From a virus (taxonomy: Duplodnaviria > Caudoviricetes), in the IMG/VR virus record IMGVR_UViG_3300037067_016777, positions 1 to 64,000 of that record: a stretch of 64,000 nucleotides of DNA, one strand, 5' to 3'. The position numbers and the translations under genes are program-made. Under the pieces are notes generated by a model that saw only the letters and a list, made by a program, of their open reading frames with translations, was not told the origin of the DNA and ran no database searches. The first letter of the stretch is position 1, and each line of letters begins with the position of its first letter. Below are positions 40,507 through 49,181 of this stretch, piece after piece.

Positions 40507-41070
40507 TTAGAACTTGGTGGCTTTCAACAACCCAAGGTCACGACCTAGAAAGCGTTGAATGGCTTTTACGTCATCTATTAACATCCGCTCGTGGTCGTCG
40601 TATTCGAAGACCCATGAACCGGATGGTAGGTTGAATCTGGACGCTATCAGCTTTGCTGGGCTTCTGACCGGTGAATCGCCACCATGCAATATGAGATACT
40701 TTGCAGGAGCACCACGTTTCATGATGCCTCTGGTTACGCGGCCACGAGGAAGACCACTATAGCAGTGCGATATGTTCCTGACCGCTGCAGGATCATCAAG
40801 ACGCAGCATAGTGCTAGACCACTTCTTCCATATCGTAGCATGGTCCAAGTCAAGACCGCGACTTGACGGGAATTGGGAATCGAAAAACGACTCCAAACGC
40901 CATCCCGATGCTAGTGGAATCCAGAAATAAATGCCGGTTTGTGGCTCTTTTTGGCCCTCGACCAGATGCCGTAGAAACCGCATAGCTGCCGCTCGTCTCC
41001 GATAATCCTTGACCCCATCTTCGTTGATCAAGGATAGCGTTTTCCAACCATTCATTTCAGACAATTTCAT
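40507..41070 (-). CDS. Hypothetical protein
   Basis: GGAGG RBS; GLPRGRV motif. Confidence 0.7.
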   Translation of the reverse strand: MKLSEMNGWKTLSLINEDGVKDYRRRAAAMRFLRHLVEGQKEPQTGIYFWIPLASGWRLESFFDSQFPSSRGLDLDHATIWKKWSSTMLRLDDPAAVRNISHCYSGLPRGRVTRGIMKRGAPAKYLILHGGDSPVRSPAKLIASRFNLPSGSWVFEYDDHERMLIDDVKAIQRFLGRDLGLLKATKF

Positions 41071-41093
41071 AATGGGTCCTCCAACTTATCTTT

Positions 41094-41348
41094 TCAGAAC
41101 CCATTCCTTTCTAGCCAGTCGACTTCAGCTTGTAGTGCGTCGGACCGTAGACGATATGGCCCTAGTTTCGGCCCGTTCACCGGCGACAAATCGGCCACCC
41201 AATTCACTTGCTCGCCACCATCGATAGGCTCGACATGGCTAGCACGTCTGATGGTGGTTTCGCCCTCATCGTAGAGAGTGACAAGGGCATCGTTGTGGAT
41301 GGCCGCAATGCTGCCGTCAGGTTTGATCGCAAGGCTAATAGCTGACAT
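41094..41348 (-). CDS. Conserved protein of the Ycf46/DUF1257 cluster
   Basis: RRASHVEP...W.ADLSPV.GP.LGP...RS.AL.AEV.WL. Confidence 0.75.
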   Translation of the reverse strand: MSAISLAIKPDGSIAAIHNDALVTLYDEGETTIRRASHVEPIDGGEQVNWVADLSPVNGPKLGPYRLRSDALQAEVDWLERNGF

Positions 41349-41517
41349 GATTCTGCTGCGGCCTTTCGTACATTTCCGGTGTGTCTTTGTCTGTGGAGAC
41401 GGTCCCGAGAGCCTTTTCGACGGCTTTCGTAACGTCTTTGCAGGATTGGCCCTTCACGCCGTTGACTTCGATTTTCGGCGTCCCGTCCGGAGAGACTGTG
41501 ATCGTGATTGTCTGCAT
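41335..41517 (-). CDS. DUF2997 family protein
   Basis: I.ITV.PDG...IEV.G..G.SC...T..VE.ALG. Confidence 0.85.
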   Translation of the reverse strand: MQTITITVSPDGTPKIEVNGVKGQSCKDVTKAVEKALGTVSTDKDTPEMYERPQQNHVSY

Positions 41518-41526
41518 GGTGTACTC

Positions 41527-41970
41527 CTACTTCATTGCGACCAAGCGGACATCGCCGGTCTTTGCGTCAGCTTTTTCGGTAACGTGCCACCCTTGGCTCT
41601 GCAACGTTCGAGCGGCGACGGCAACACCGTATCGCTGCTTAAGCTTTTGCATTCCTTGGCCGAATACCTTCGCCAAGCCACCGGGACCCCACTCGTCGGC
41701 AACGACCACGAATGATCCGTTTGGTTGTTTGACCAGGCCGATGTCGTAATTGCATTCCGGATGCGTGATGACGTGATCACACTTGCCGTAGTCTTTCGGA
41801 CTGATGCCCTGCTTGTATGCGGCATTGTCCGCACTGTAATCGTTCATCCAGCGACCATACCACCGGAAGGTTTTCTGGTCTCGGACGAGCTCAGCACCAA
41901 GAAACCTCGCGGCGACTTCCAGTGCTTTCAGGTCCCTTACTTCGAGTTGAATCGTGACGACGTGTGACAT
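41527..41970 (-). CDS. DUF1257 (Ycf35-like) family protein
   Basis: MSHVVTI....D...L..A...LG...YDIG...D.W...L.Q.Y. Confidence 0.8.
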   Translation of the reverse strand: MSHVVTIQLEVRDLKALEVAARFLGAELVRDQKTFRWYGRWMNDYSADNAAYKQGISPKDYGKCDHVITHPECNYDIGLVKQPNGSFVVVADEWGPGGLAKVFGQGMQKLKQRYGVAVAARTLQSQGWHVTEKADAKTGDVRLVAMK

Positions 41971-42002
41971 TGTTGTCTCCTGTGTGAAATCCCCTCTATT
42001 TC

Positions 42003-42031
42003 ATCATAGCACGAAAGAAGGTGATTATTAA
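42003..42031 (-). promoter_or_regulatory. Conserved phage promoter
   Basis: TTAATA-17bp(..TCGTGC)-TATGAT. Confidence 0.8.
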
Positions 42032-42049
42032 CTCGTTGCCTATATCAAA

Positions 42050-42235
42050 TCAGCACGAGCATTTTGGTAGTCGAGTGATTCGGATAGGCCCGATGTCGGT
42101 TGTGTTGCCACGAATTTGGATCGGCCAGAATCGCCAGCCGATCGGAGCAGACGGATATGATTGCCCATCCCGGTAGATCCATCGTCCGAACGTTGTACGC
42201 CACCCAGTCCACAACCATTCGACTTTCCATTCCAT
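42050..42235 (-). CDS. Trp-rich small protein
   Basis: GAGGAGG RBS before MEWKVEW. Confidence 0.5.
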   Translation of the reverse strand: MEWKVEWLWTGWRTTFGRWIYRDGQSYPSAPIGWRFWPIQIRGNTTDIGPIRITRLPKCSC

Positions 42236-42236
42236 G

Positions 42237-43199
42237 TTATTCGTCCTCCTCGTCTTCGTCATCGCCCAGATCGATCGCTCTGGCTGGCATATCACGCAAC
42301 AACTTATCCAGATTCTCCTTGACAGTTGACATACGTTCGGCGACGACAGTAGCAATTCCCTCGTCTCCCTTGATGGATTCCGGAGTCTGCCCAGAAAGAA
42401 CTTCTTTGGCTTCGTCGGCAAGCAGCGCAAGCTCCTTGTCTCCGCAGACGTTGCGGGCCGAGAATAGCTCCAAGAAATCGACGATCTTGGTGATAGTGGT
42501 CGTGGCGAATTGCTTCCGCTTTCCGTTCGGCTGCGGAGACAGCCGATCAACGAGGTGATCGACAAGTTTCTTCAATCCAACCCTCAAGGCTGCCTTGATT
42601 TGAAGGGCCATGTCCTTGATTTCGGTTGCCTGTCGGTTCCTTTCCTGATGGGCAATCGCCTTGCTTACCTTCTTGTCGCTGGAGGGCGACCAGTCGAACC
42701 AACGCCGTTCGACCCAGAACTTGGCACGGAGAGCGTTGCGACCAGCTTCGGTGCTCACATCGAAATAATTCGATGCAAGAAATTGATCTTGCAACTCGAT
42801 TTTGGCTTCCTCTACCAAGTCGGCGTATTCGGCGACGAAGTGATCAGCCCACTTATTGTAGGCTTGTTCGGCGTTGGTGATCTTGTCATTGAGGTCATCA
42901 ACGAGCGGCAGCGGGACCAGATGCGTCCCTTCGGAGAATGGAGAGCCTGGGACTTGTCGCTTGACGGCGTAGCGGCGCATGTCTCGGGCGATGAAGAGCA
43001 ACTGCTCGTAGTTATCGCTCTGTAGGATTTTCTTGCTCAATCCGAGACGCTGTTTGTTTGCAATCGTCTGGATTTTTGCAAGGTTCCCTGTCCGGATGAT
43101 GCCGGTCTTGTGAAACCGAAGCAGCAAACAGGTCGTTAATTGGAGGACGTTTGCTGTTTCTTTGGCGTCTTCGGATTGAGCGGTTTCGATGGCGGTCAT
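42237..43199 (-). CDS. DUF3150-like protein
   Basis: G..LVP...F...Y...L...F...Y helical pattern; cluster context. Confidence 0.65.
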   Translation of the reverse strand: MTAIETAQSEDAKETANVLQLTTCLLLRFHKTGIIRTGNLAKIQTIANKQRLGLSKKILQSDNYEQLLFIARDMRRYAVKRQVPGSPFSEGTHLVPLPLVDDLNDKITNAEQAYNKWADHFVAEYADLVEEAKIELQDQFLASNYFDVSTEAGRNALRAKFWVERRWFDWSPSSDKKVSKAIAHQERNRQATEIKDMALQIKAALRVGLKKLVDHLVDRLSPQPNGKRKQFATTTITKIVDFLELFSARNVCGDKELALLADEAKEVLSGQTPESIKGDEGIATVVAERMSTVKENLDKLLRDMPARAIDLGDDEDEEDE

Positions 43200-43232
43200 T
43201 TCAGATCTCCTGTTATTGTTTCCCTCTGATCT

Positions 43233-43261
43233 ATTATAGCACGACGAGAGGGAATTATTAA
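43233..43261 (-). promoter_or_regulatory. Conserved phage promoter
   Basis: TTAATA-17bp(..TCGTGC)-TATAAT. Confidence 0.8.
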
Positions 43262-43265
43262 CCGA

Positions 43266-43550
43266 TTAGCGGGAGAGTGGCTCGAACTGTAGCATATCTC
43301 GGAAGCTTTGGTGCCAGATACGCCGATTGTCGGGAGGGAAGATGACCGGACCGAACCACGGCGAAACGATAGTCCAATAGCCCAATTCTACTCCCCTCTC
43401 ATCGAAGAAATAAACGATGGAGGTAAAAGGCTCTTTGGTTTCGTTACCGGAATACCAGTTGCGGCCGGTCAAGGTTCCACAACCAACTTGGGTGGCTCCG
43501 AGAGCCTTAAATTGTTCGATGATTTCGTAACTAACCTGATTTGCGAACAT
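43266..43550 (-). CDS. Hypothetical protein
   Basis: AAGGA RBS. Confidence 0.6.
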   Translation of the reverse strand: MFANQVSYEIIEQFKALGATQVGCGTLTGRNWYSGNETKEPFTSIVYFFDERGVELGYWTIVSPWFGPVIFPPDNRRIWHQSFRDMLQFEPLSR

Positions 43551-43572
43551 GCTGAGTCCTTAGAAAAAGACA

Positions 43573-43614
43573 CTCTTGGCGGGGGCGACTACGAGCCGAC
43601 AGCCCCGCCAAGAG
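43573..43614 (-). terminator. Intrinsic terminator
   Basis: 12-bp stem CTCTTGGCGGGG/CCCCGCCAAGAG followed by TGTCTTTTTC on the minus strand. Confidence 0.7.
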
Positions 43615-43634
43615 CGACACACAGGACGCACAGA

Positions 43635-45200
43635 TCAGACGTGCAAAGCCCGATTGGGCTCATTGTTTCCCGGCAGCTTATAGACGCCTTCACGACTCGC
43701 GGACAAATAGCGTTCGTTCGCCGACTCCCGCAGCCGCTTGATTTCTTCCCGATCGGTCATACCAACGGGAGTGATGTAGGTGGCGGCTTCGGCAATCGGA
43801 ATGTTCATCCGGAACGCCTTGTCGCAGCAATGCTTGATGTCGCGAGCAGCCCATTTGTCGTCGTCCTTGAATGGCTTATCATCAAGCCCGTACTTCTTGA
43901 GGAGCACATCCCAGATTGGGCGACGTTCGACCTTCGGCGGTAGATCGAAGAAGAAAATGTCGGTGAATCGAGACTTCATTGCCCCCGATAGGCCGTCGAT
44001 GCTGTTGCTCGTGGCCAGCCACAGCGTTTCGTTGCCGCCGATAGCTTGCACGACCTTCAACGCCGACCGAATGAGGTTCTGGCTCTGGCCGACCAAAGAG
44101 CCCTGCATCGCACCAAGATCGATCCGGATAACGACGCGATCAAACTCGGCTCCGACTGCCTTGCAGATGGCCGACTTACCGCAGCCGGGAACACCTAGCA
44201 ACATGACACCGAACACATCAAAATCTTCCATCCAGGAAAGCAGCGTGCCTTCCTGGTCCTGATTGACGCCGCTCGTATCGCCACGAGCTGCCAAGCCGGT
44301 CTTCTCGATTTCGTCCAACCAGACGATAAGCTTGGGTTGTTTACGGCCGGTCATGATGCGGCTCAGGTAGGTCTTGATTTGGTCGAGGCCACCGAGATCC
44401 GTGAACTTCTCACCGCCACGATGGATCGAGAGTCCTTTCGTCTGTTCGACTTGCTTCCGCTTTGCAATCCAGCAATGCTCAAGGTCGATGCCACTCGCTG
44501 GGACCTGCCCTTCGACGGTCTGCGGACGTAAAGCCATTGCCACGACCTGTTCGGCTCCGAAGTATGGGAGGCCCTTAACGGCTTCGACGACGCGATCGAC
44601 CGCCTCGTCGCTCGCCAACGGCCGCTTCTTCTTGATGCCGGTCCCACCACAAACCTTGCAGCTTTTCAACCCATCACAGTCACAGAGGCTGACTTGTGCA
44701 TCGAGGTCCTTGACGCACTTTGCCAATTGCTCCTCGTTGGGCATCGGCTCTTCGATGATGATGACGTCGTTCTTGAGGCTCGCCGGAAGTTGGATTGTGT
44801 CGGCAAGCAATACGAGAGTGCAGCACGCCCGTTTGAAATCGTCGCGAAGGTTCCAAACGGCCTGACGGACAGTGGGGTTGTCGAGCCAGTCCGTTGCAGC
44901 TTGCATCGCGATGATGGAACCGCTCGGGATCAGGCTCAGATCTGAAATCGCCTTCAGGAAGCCAAAGGGCGACAGGGTGTTCAAATCGTCGTTCAGTGTG
45001 GCCACCGTTTTGGTGGCCATCTTGTTGTAACCATTCACGCCGCTGGCAGAGTTCCACATCATTAGCGCGGCATTCCGTGGGATTTCGCAGCAGTCCTTGA
45101 GGAGCGTCTGTATCGTGGCGGCAGGGTCAGAACATTCGATGCCGATGAGAGGCACACCAGCCTTGCGAGCAGCCAAAAATTGTTCAGTGAATGTTAACAA
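43635..45200 (-). CDS. Ycf46-like AAA+ ATPase with permuted Walker B/Walker A order
   Basis: DLGGLD, WLDEIEK, GVPGCGKS, SLVGQS, ATSN, RF.DIFFFDLP. Confidence 0.85.
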   Translation of the reverse strand: MLTFTEQFLAARKAGVPLIGIECSDPAATIQTLLKDCCEIPRNAALMMWNSASGVNGYNKMATKTVATLNDDLNTLSPFGFLKAISDLSLIPSGSIIAMQAATDWLDNPTVRQAVWNLRDDFKRACCTLVLLADTIQLPASLKNDVIIIEEPMPNEEQLAKCVKDLDAQVSLCDCDGLKSCKVCGGTGIKKKRPLASDEAVDRVVEAVKGLPYFGAEQVVAMALRPQTVEGQVPASGIDLEHCWIAKRKQVEQTKGLSIHRGGEKFTDLGGLDQIKTYLSRIMTGRKQPKLIVWLDEIEKTGLAARGDTSGVNQDQEGTLLSWMEDFDVFGVMLLGVPGCGKSAICKAVGAEFDRVVIRIDLGAMQGSLVGQSQNLIRSALKVVQAIGGNETLWLATSNSIDGLSGAMKSRFTDIFFFDLPPKVERRPIWDVLLKKYGLDDKPFKDDDKWAARDIKHCCDKAFRMNIPIAEAATYITPVGMTDREEIKRLRESANERYLSASREGVYKLPGNNEPNRALHV

Positions 45201-45245
45201 GGCAATTCTCCTGTGTTTCGGGGAGGACCTCCCTCCCTCTGATCT

Positions 45246-45274
45246 GTCATAGCACGAAATAGTTACGTGCTTAA
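45246..45274 (-). promoter_or_regulatory. Conserved phage promoter
   Basis: TTAAGC-17bp(..TCGTGC)-TATGAC; the TTAA holds the upstream stop. Confidence 0.8.
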
Positions 45275-45612
45275 CTCGTAGTCGTTGACGTTGCCAGAAA
45301 ACGAGATACTTTCCATCGGTTGCTGAGAAGAGCTTTCAGATGCGTTTTGTCCAGCGTGCTGTGTGTCATCAGGGTGGGATTGACGTTATCGGGTAGATTG
45401 TCAAGCACGTTCTGGAAGACGAAGGCAACCTCAATGGCCCCTGAATGTGGCTCTTCCCAAAGACGCACTTCACAATGCTTCATCAGCATTTCGCGATTAC
45501 TGCCCTTTTCAATCTTGAACTCTGGACCAAGCTTTCGCAAAAGTCGATCTCGCCAAGTGGTAGGATCGACGCCAACATCGCCCTCTAAGGAACAAGCTCT
45601 GTAATTTGGCAT
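45271..45612 (-). CDS. Hypothetical protein
   Basis: CAGGA RBS in cassette. Confidence 0.7.
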   Translation of the reverse strand: MPNYRACSLEGDVGVDPTTWRDRLLRKLGPEFKIEKGSNREMLMKHCEVRLWEEPHSGAIEVAFVFQNVLDNLPDNVNPTLMTHSTLDKTHLKALLSNRWKVSRFLATSTTTS

Positions 45613-45848
45613 CGTGAGTTTCCTGTGTTTTGAGGAGGACCTCCCTCCCTCTGATCTATCATAGCACGACGAGAGGTAATTATTAACTCGGCTTGCTGGA
45701 TGGCTTCTTCCATCAACAGGACTTCATGGTAAGCCATCCAGCCATCGGGGTGTTTGGGGCAAGGGTAGCCTGTTTTATCCCACGCCTCATAAATGGGAAT
45801 GCGGTATTCTGCCATAGGGAGAATCAGAGCATTCGAATAATCAGACAT
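45585..45848 (-). CDS. Hypothetical protein reading through a promoter cassette
   Basis: Coupled start; C-terminus encoded by promoter/leader DNA. Confidence 0.5.
   Translation of the reverse strand: MSDYSNALILPMAEYRIPIYEAWDKTGYPCPKHPDGWMAYHEVLLMEEAIQQAELIITSRRAMIDQREGGPPQNTGNSRCQITELVP
45658..45686 (-). promoter_or_regulatory. Conserved phage promoter
   Basis: TTAATA-17bp(..TCGTGC)-TATGAT. Confidence 0.8.
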
Positions 45849-46041
45849 TGTGGTTGCTCTTTGCTTGCGACCAGTTGGGCGAACATTGAACTTCGTGCAG
45901 CGATGGACCGAGGTAAGTCGTCTCTGATCCAATAATGAACCAACCACGCCTGGCCCGGTTCTTTTCGTCTCTGGCCGTTGTGAATGCGACGGCCGATGGA
46001 AGTACCCCGAAATGCTTTGCGATCTTTTCTTGTTTTGTCAT
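45841..46041 (-). CDS. Hypothetical protein
   Basis: AAGGA RBS. Confidence 0.6.
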   Translation of the reverse strand: MTKQEKIAKHFGVLPSAVAFTTARDEKNRARRGWFIIGSETTYLGPSLHEVQCSPNWSQAKSNHNV

Positions 46042-46046
46042 TTTCC

Positions 46047-46361
46047 TTAATCGGCTATGGCTTCCTCGACCGCTTCATCGACCATCTGTTGAAAATACCC
46101 GCTGTTCTTGATGAAGTCTTGGGCGCTCTGATAAGAACAGTTGCTAAGATAGTTCGGAGTTCCATAGGATGACTGGCGCAACCATCCGATCGTAATCTTG
46201 ACGATGCACCAGCCCCATCGGCCCTCTGCCGTCTTCATGTTCTCACGGACACACTTGGCGTAGCCTTTCATCGAGCCGGTCCGCTTCTCGGATTGTTCCG
46301 GTGTTTCTTCTTCGGCCAGCGCTTCGATGGTGATGGTGAGTTTGTTTTTGCCAGCAGCCAT
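46047..46361 (-). CDS. Hypothetical protein
   Basis: CAGGAG RBS; W.WC...YL..CSY...DF..SGY..QM. Confidence 0.75.
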   Translation of the reverse strand: MAAGKNKLTITIEALAEEETPEQSEKRTGSMKGYAKCVRENMKTAEGRWGWCIVKITIGWLRQSSYGTPNYLSNCSYQSAQDFIKNSGYFQQMVDEAVEEAIAD

Positions 46362-46409
46362 TTCGATTCTCCTGTGTGTCGGAGCGGACCTCCCGCCCCC
46401 TCCTACCTA

Positions 46410-46438
46410 GTTATAGCACGAGGGGCGGGAACTATTAA
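46410..46438 (-). promoter_or_regulatory. Conserved phage promoter
   Basis: TTAATA-17bp(..TCGTGC)-TATAAC. Confidence 0.8.
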
Positions 46439-46447
46439 CCGACTTCA

Positions 46448-46687
46448 TTACTTCGCTTCTGTGGTGAGTGCGTCGGTCAGGCTTGAGTAGTAACGATGAT
46501 TGACCCAACTACCGTTATCCATCTCAGCGCATGCCCAATGGATTGAGCGATTGTTGACGCATGCCCAAATCCTGATTCGAGGATGTGGGAGACGCGAACG
46601 GCTGAAGATCGGCGGATCACCGACCATGCGTTGCGGTTCGATAGTGTAGCCAAGGATCTCAGCGAGTTCAATCTCTTTTTGGTACAT
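46448..46687 (-). CDS. Hypothetical protein, paralog of 47334..47576
   Basis: Shared YQKEIELA..LGY...GDPPIFSRSRLPHPRIRIW...NHRYY. Confidence 0.75.
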   Translation of the reverse strand: MYQKEIELAEILGYTIEPQRMVGDPPIFSRSRLPHPRIRIWACVNNRSIHWACAEMDNGSWVNHRYYSSLTDALTTEAK

Positions 46688-46719
46688 TGTGGTTTCCCTC
46701 ATATATAGTCCCAGTCAGA

Positions 46720-47106
46720 TTAACGACGGGGCGAATCGTAGAACACGACATTGGGCATATGCCTGTTCTTACAAATCTTACGAGCTTTCTGCTCCACCTT
46801 CTCTGTCCACCTTCCACCCTGGATGTGGTGGCTACGGCATGGGCATTGAATGCAGAAATACGGTTTGCCGTTGTAGCGAAAGCTACTGACGAAGATGGGA
46901 ACAGGCAGAGAGACAGGGCGAAAGTATGCCTCGATATACCTGCTGCCGTCAATCGACGAAAACTTCGCCAGTACTTCGCCGTCCATGATGCTCTGCCGTA
47001 CTCCAGCCATGACACGGAAGACGAATAAGCCTTTGTGCCCTTGGATGGTCCAGCGAATGACATGACGACCGTTCTCGACGACGCGCTTGGAGCGTGCTAT
47101 TGCCAT
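46720..47106 (-). CDS. Hypothetical protein
   Basis: CAGGAG RBS. Confidence 0.7.
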   Translation of the reverse strand: MAIARSKRVVENGRHVIRWTIQGHKGLFVFRVMAGVRQSIMDGEVLAKFSSIDGSRYIEAYFRPVSLPVPIFVSSFRYNGKPYFCIQCPCRSHHIQGGRWTEKVEQKARKICKNRHMPNVVFYDSPRR

Positions 47107-47126
47107 GTGTGTTTCTCCTGTACCCC

Positions 47127-47155
47127 GTTATAGCACGACGACGGGGAACTATTAA
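47127..47155 (-). promoter_or_regulatory. Conserved phage promoter
   Basis: TTAATA-17bp(..TCGTGC)-TATAAC; the TTAA holds the upstream stop. Confidence 0.8.
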
Positions 47156-47337
47156 CGGTGCTCGAATCTGACCAGACGCCTATTCAAGTCATAGACGCGC
47201 TCCAAGATGTCAAGAACATGTGAAGCCATCTTGCGGTTCCACGTCTCACCTGGAACGTTCTGCCAATGGCCGTCGCCCCACTTAAGCTGGAAATAGAGGG
47301 TCCGGCCATTCGTGCACTGTTCAACCTTGATCTTCAT
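47152..47337 (-). CDS. Hypothetical protein
   Basis: ATGA coupling; GGAGG RBS. Confidence 0.65.
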   Translation of the reverse strand: MKIKVEQCTNGRTLYFQLKWGDGHWQNVPGETWNRKMASHVLDILERVYDLNRRLVRFEHR

Positions 47338-47576
47338 TTTGCCTCCATCGTGATGGCTTCCGTCAGGTCCGCATAATAGCGGTGGTTCTTCCAACCGCCA
47401 TTGTCCAACTCGGCACACGCCCAACGGATCTTGCAATCGTGGACGCATTCCCAAATCCTGATTCGAGGATGTGGTAGACGCGACCGGCTGAAGATCGGCG
47501 GATCACCGGCTTGCCGTTGCGATTCGACTGTGTAGCCAAGGCTTCGAGCGAGTTCAATCTCTTTTTGGTATCCCAT
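47334..47576 (-). CDS. Hypothetical protein, paralog of 46448..46687
   Basis: AAGGA RBS; near-identical sequence. Confidence 0.75.
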   Translation of the reverse strand: MGYQKEIELARSLGYTVESQRQAGDPPIFSRSRLPHPRIRIWECVHDCKIRWACAELDNGGWKNHRYYADLTEAITMEAK

Positions 47577-47674
47577 GTGGTTCCTTTCAACATGAGCATC
47601 GGTTGTGCTGCTCAACCCCATGTCGCCATCGGTACTGGCGTAAGGGACAGACAACCGATGTCTCTCGGTACTAA

Positions 47675-47703
47675 GTTATAGCACGAGTGGAGGGAACTAT
47701 TAA
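47675..47703 (-). promoter_or_regulatory. Conserved phage promoter
   Basis: TTAATA-17bp(..TCGTGC)-TATAAC; the TTAA holds the upstream stop. Confidence 0.8.
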
Positions 47704-47945
47704 CCGATGACGGTGACGCTCTTACGGAAGGCAACCCGACATTCCTGTAGGTTGTCGTTGTCGATACCACCATCAAGCTGCCAGCATTGGTATCGGATAG
47801 CCTTGGCTGCTTGTCGGATCGTCGCCATGATCGGCTTGAATCCTGGAAGGCCGAAACCCCAAAAGCTGTCGTCGTTTTCACCCGACAGATCAACCGCTCT
47901 GTCGAATGCCAGTTTGCAGGCTGTCTTGAACTCGGCTGCTATCAT
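47700..47945 (-). CDS. Hypothetical protein
   Basis: ATGA coupling. Confidence 0.65.
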   Translation of the reverse strand: MIAAEFKTACKLAFDRAVDLSGENDDSFWGFGLPGFKPIMATIRQAAKAIRYQCWQLDGGIDNDNLQECRVAFRKSVTVIG

Positions 47946-48226
47946 TCGTCGTCCTCCTCTTCCTCTTCCCATTCTTCAACGAGATAGCCGAAACTGGTCG
48001 CCATTTCGTTGATGAGTTGGGTCTTGGTCATATGATCGTAGCCAACGCAGCCATCACGCAGCATATCGCCGTACATGTCTGCTCTGTCCGTGGAGCTACT
48101 GTCGATGAAAGCACTAACCAAATTGTCGACAAGACGCTCGATGACGTCTTCCATCCCGTGCCGCTCGATAATCTCGGCAGCGGCTTTCTTCAACCGTCGT
48201 AGTTCTTTTTGTTCGGCTGGTGTCAT
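47942..48226 (-). CDS. Hypothetical acidic protein
   Basis: GGAGG RBS after promoter. Confidence 0.7.
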   Translation of the reverse strand: MTPAEQKELRRLKKAAAEIIERHGMEDVIERLVDNLVSAFIDSSSTDRADMYGDMLRDGCVGYDHMTKTQLINEMATSFGYLVEEWEEEEEDDE

Positions 48227-48243
48227 GGTTTCCCTCCTACCTA

Positions 48244-48272
48244 GTTATAGCACGACAACAGGGGATTATTAA
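48244..48272 (-). promoter_or_regulatory. Conserved phage promoter
   Basis: TTAATA-17bp(..TCGTGC)-TATAAC. Confidence 0.8.
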
Positions 48273-48342
48273 CCTCGGGTTTGGATACGACAGCACCCCC
48301 CCCATGGCGACTACGGGCCACCTCTTGACTTGTTAGGGCCTT

Positions 48343-48561
48343 TCAGCCAGCGCCTGATAAAGCGCTGCGTGGGACGCCCAATGGCAAAATGTCAGTTTCT
48401 TCGGTCGTCACCTTTCCGCCATTTCGGATTGCCCAATCGGCTCGACTGGCAAATTCCCTTTGGGCATCTCGATCATCCCAGTCGATGACTCGCTTGTTGC
48501 ATTCACCAGTATCAGAATAAAAGACGGTGCAAAGAACCTTCAACATGGTTGTCCTTTCCAA
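48343..48561 (-). CDS. Hypothetical protein
   Basis: ORF in array. Confidence 0.6.
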   Translation of the reverse strand: MERTTMLKVLCTVFYSDTGECNKRVIDWDDRDAQREFASRADWAIRNGGKVTTEETDILPLGVPRSALSGAG

Positions 48562-48573
48562 GTAGGAAATCTA

Positions 48574-48921
48574 CTAATCCCATTCGCCGATGACGGCTCG
48601 CAAATCCTTTTCGAAGGCATCACCGCACCATGAGTTCAGACCGAACTCGATTACACCAGCCCCAAGCTTCTGGCGGTCAAATACGGCCACCTTGCCGGGT
48701 TCCTTGAAGACGACGGCAACCATCGGGTATCGCGAACCTCTGACGACACAATCAAAAGTGACGACACAGAAGCCCGCGTTTTGTCCGTTCCGGTGGTAGG
48801 TTTTTTCAGTCGAGCCAGGAACGATAGGGGTGAATTCGTCGTGCTGGCTTTTCATGCTCTCCCTTTCCAAGTTGGAAACCCGATGGCAGAGGGTGTCGTC
48901 ATTAACGGCAGCCTCTGCCAT
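48574..48921 (-). CDS. Hypothetical protein
   Basis: YHRNG....F.VV.F...AVFD...FG.NSW.GD.FE..LR. Confidence 0.7.
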   Translation of the reverse strand: MAEAAVNDDTLCHRVSNLERESMKSQHDEFTPIVPGSTEKTYHRNGQNAGFCVVTFDCVVRGSRYPMVAVVFKEPGKVAVFDRQKLGAGVIEFGLNSWCGDAFEKDLRAVIGEWD

Positions 48922-49127
48922 CCTCCCTATTCAGGAGAATGGCGAAAATAATTCCCTGCTAGGTGGTCCTGTCACTCAACCCCATTCCGCCTTCCAAACG
49001 CCGTACAACGGCAGGGCTGGATGGCCTATGGAACCGTGGCTATCAACCACGGTGATGCAGGGTTCGAGTAGCAGGCACCGCAACAGCAAAATCGCGATGC
49101 CGAGCATGTTTTCTCCTCCTCTACCCA

Positions 49128-49156
49128 ATCGTAGCACAAATGCAGGTGATTGTTAA
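49128..49156 (-). promoter_or_regulatory. Conserved phage promoter
   Basis: TTAACA-17bp(..TTGTGC)-TACGAT. Confidence 0.7.
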
Positions 49157-49181
49157 CTTGTGTCCTTTCCACTCTGGAAAT

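Noticed and set aside
39787-48272. Integron attC sites (GTT...AAC ends; stop-codon overlap)
   Set aside because: The order is GTT then AAC rather than RYYYAAC then GTTRRRY, there is no long internal hairpin and no integrase is seen. The fixed 17-bp spacer fits a promoter better.
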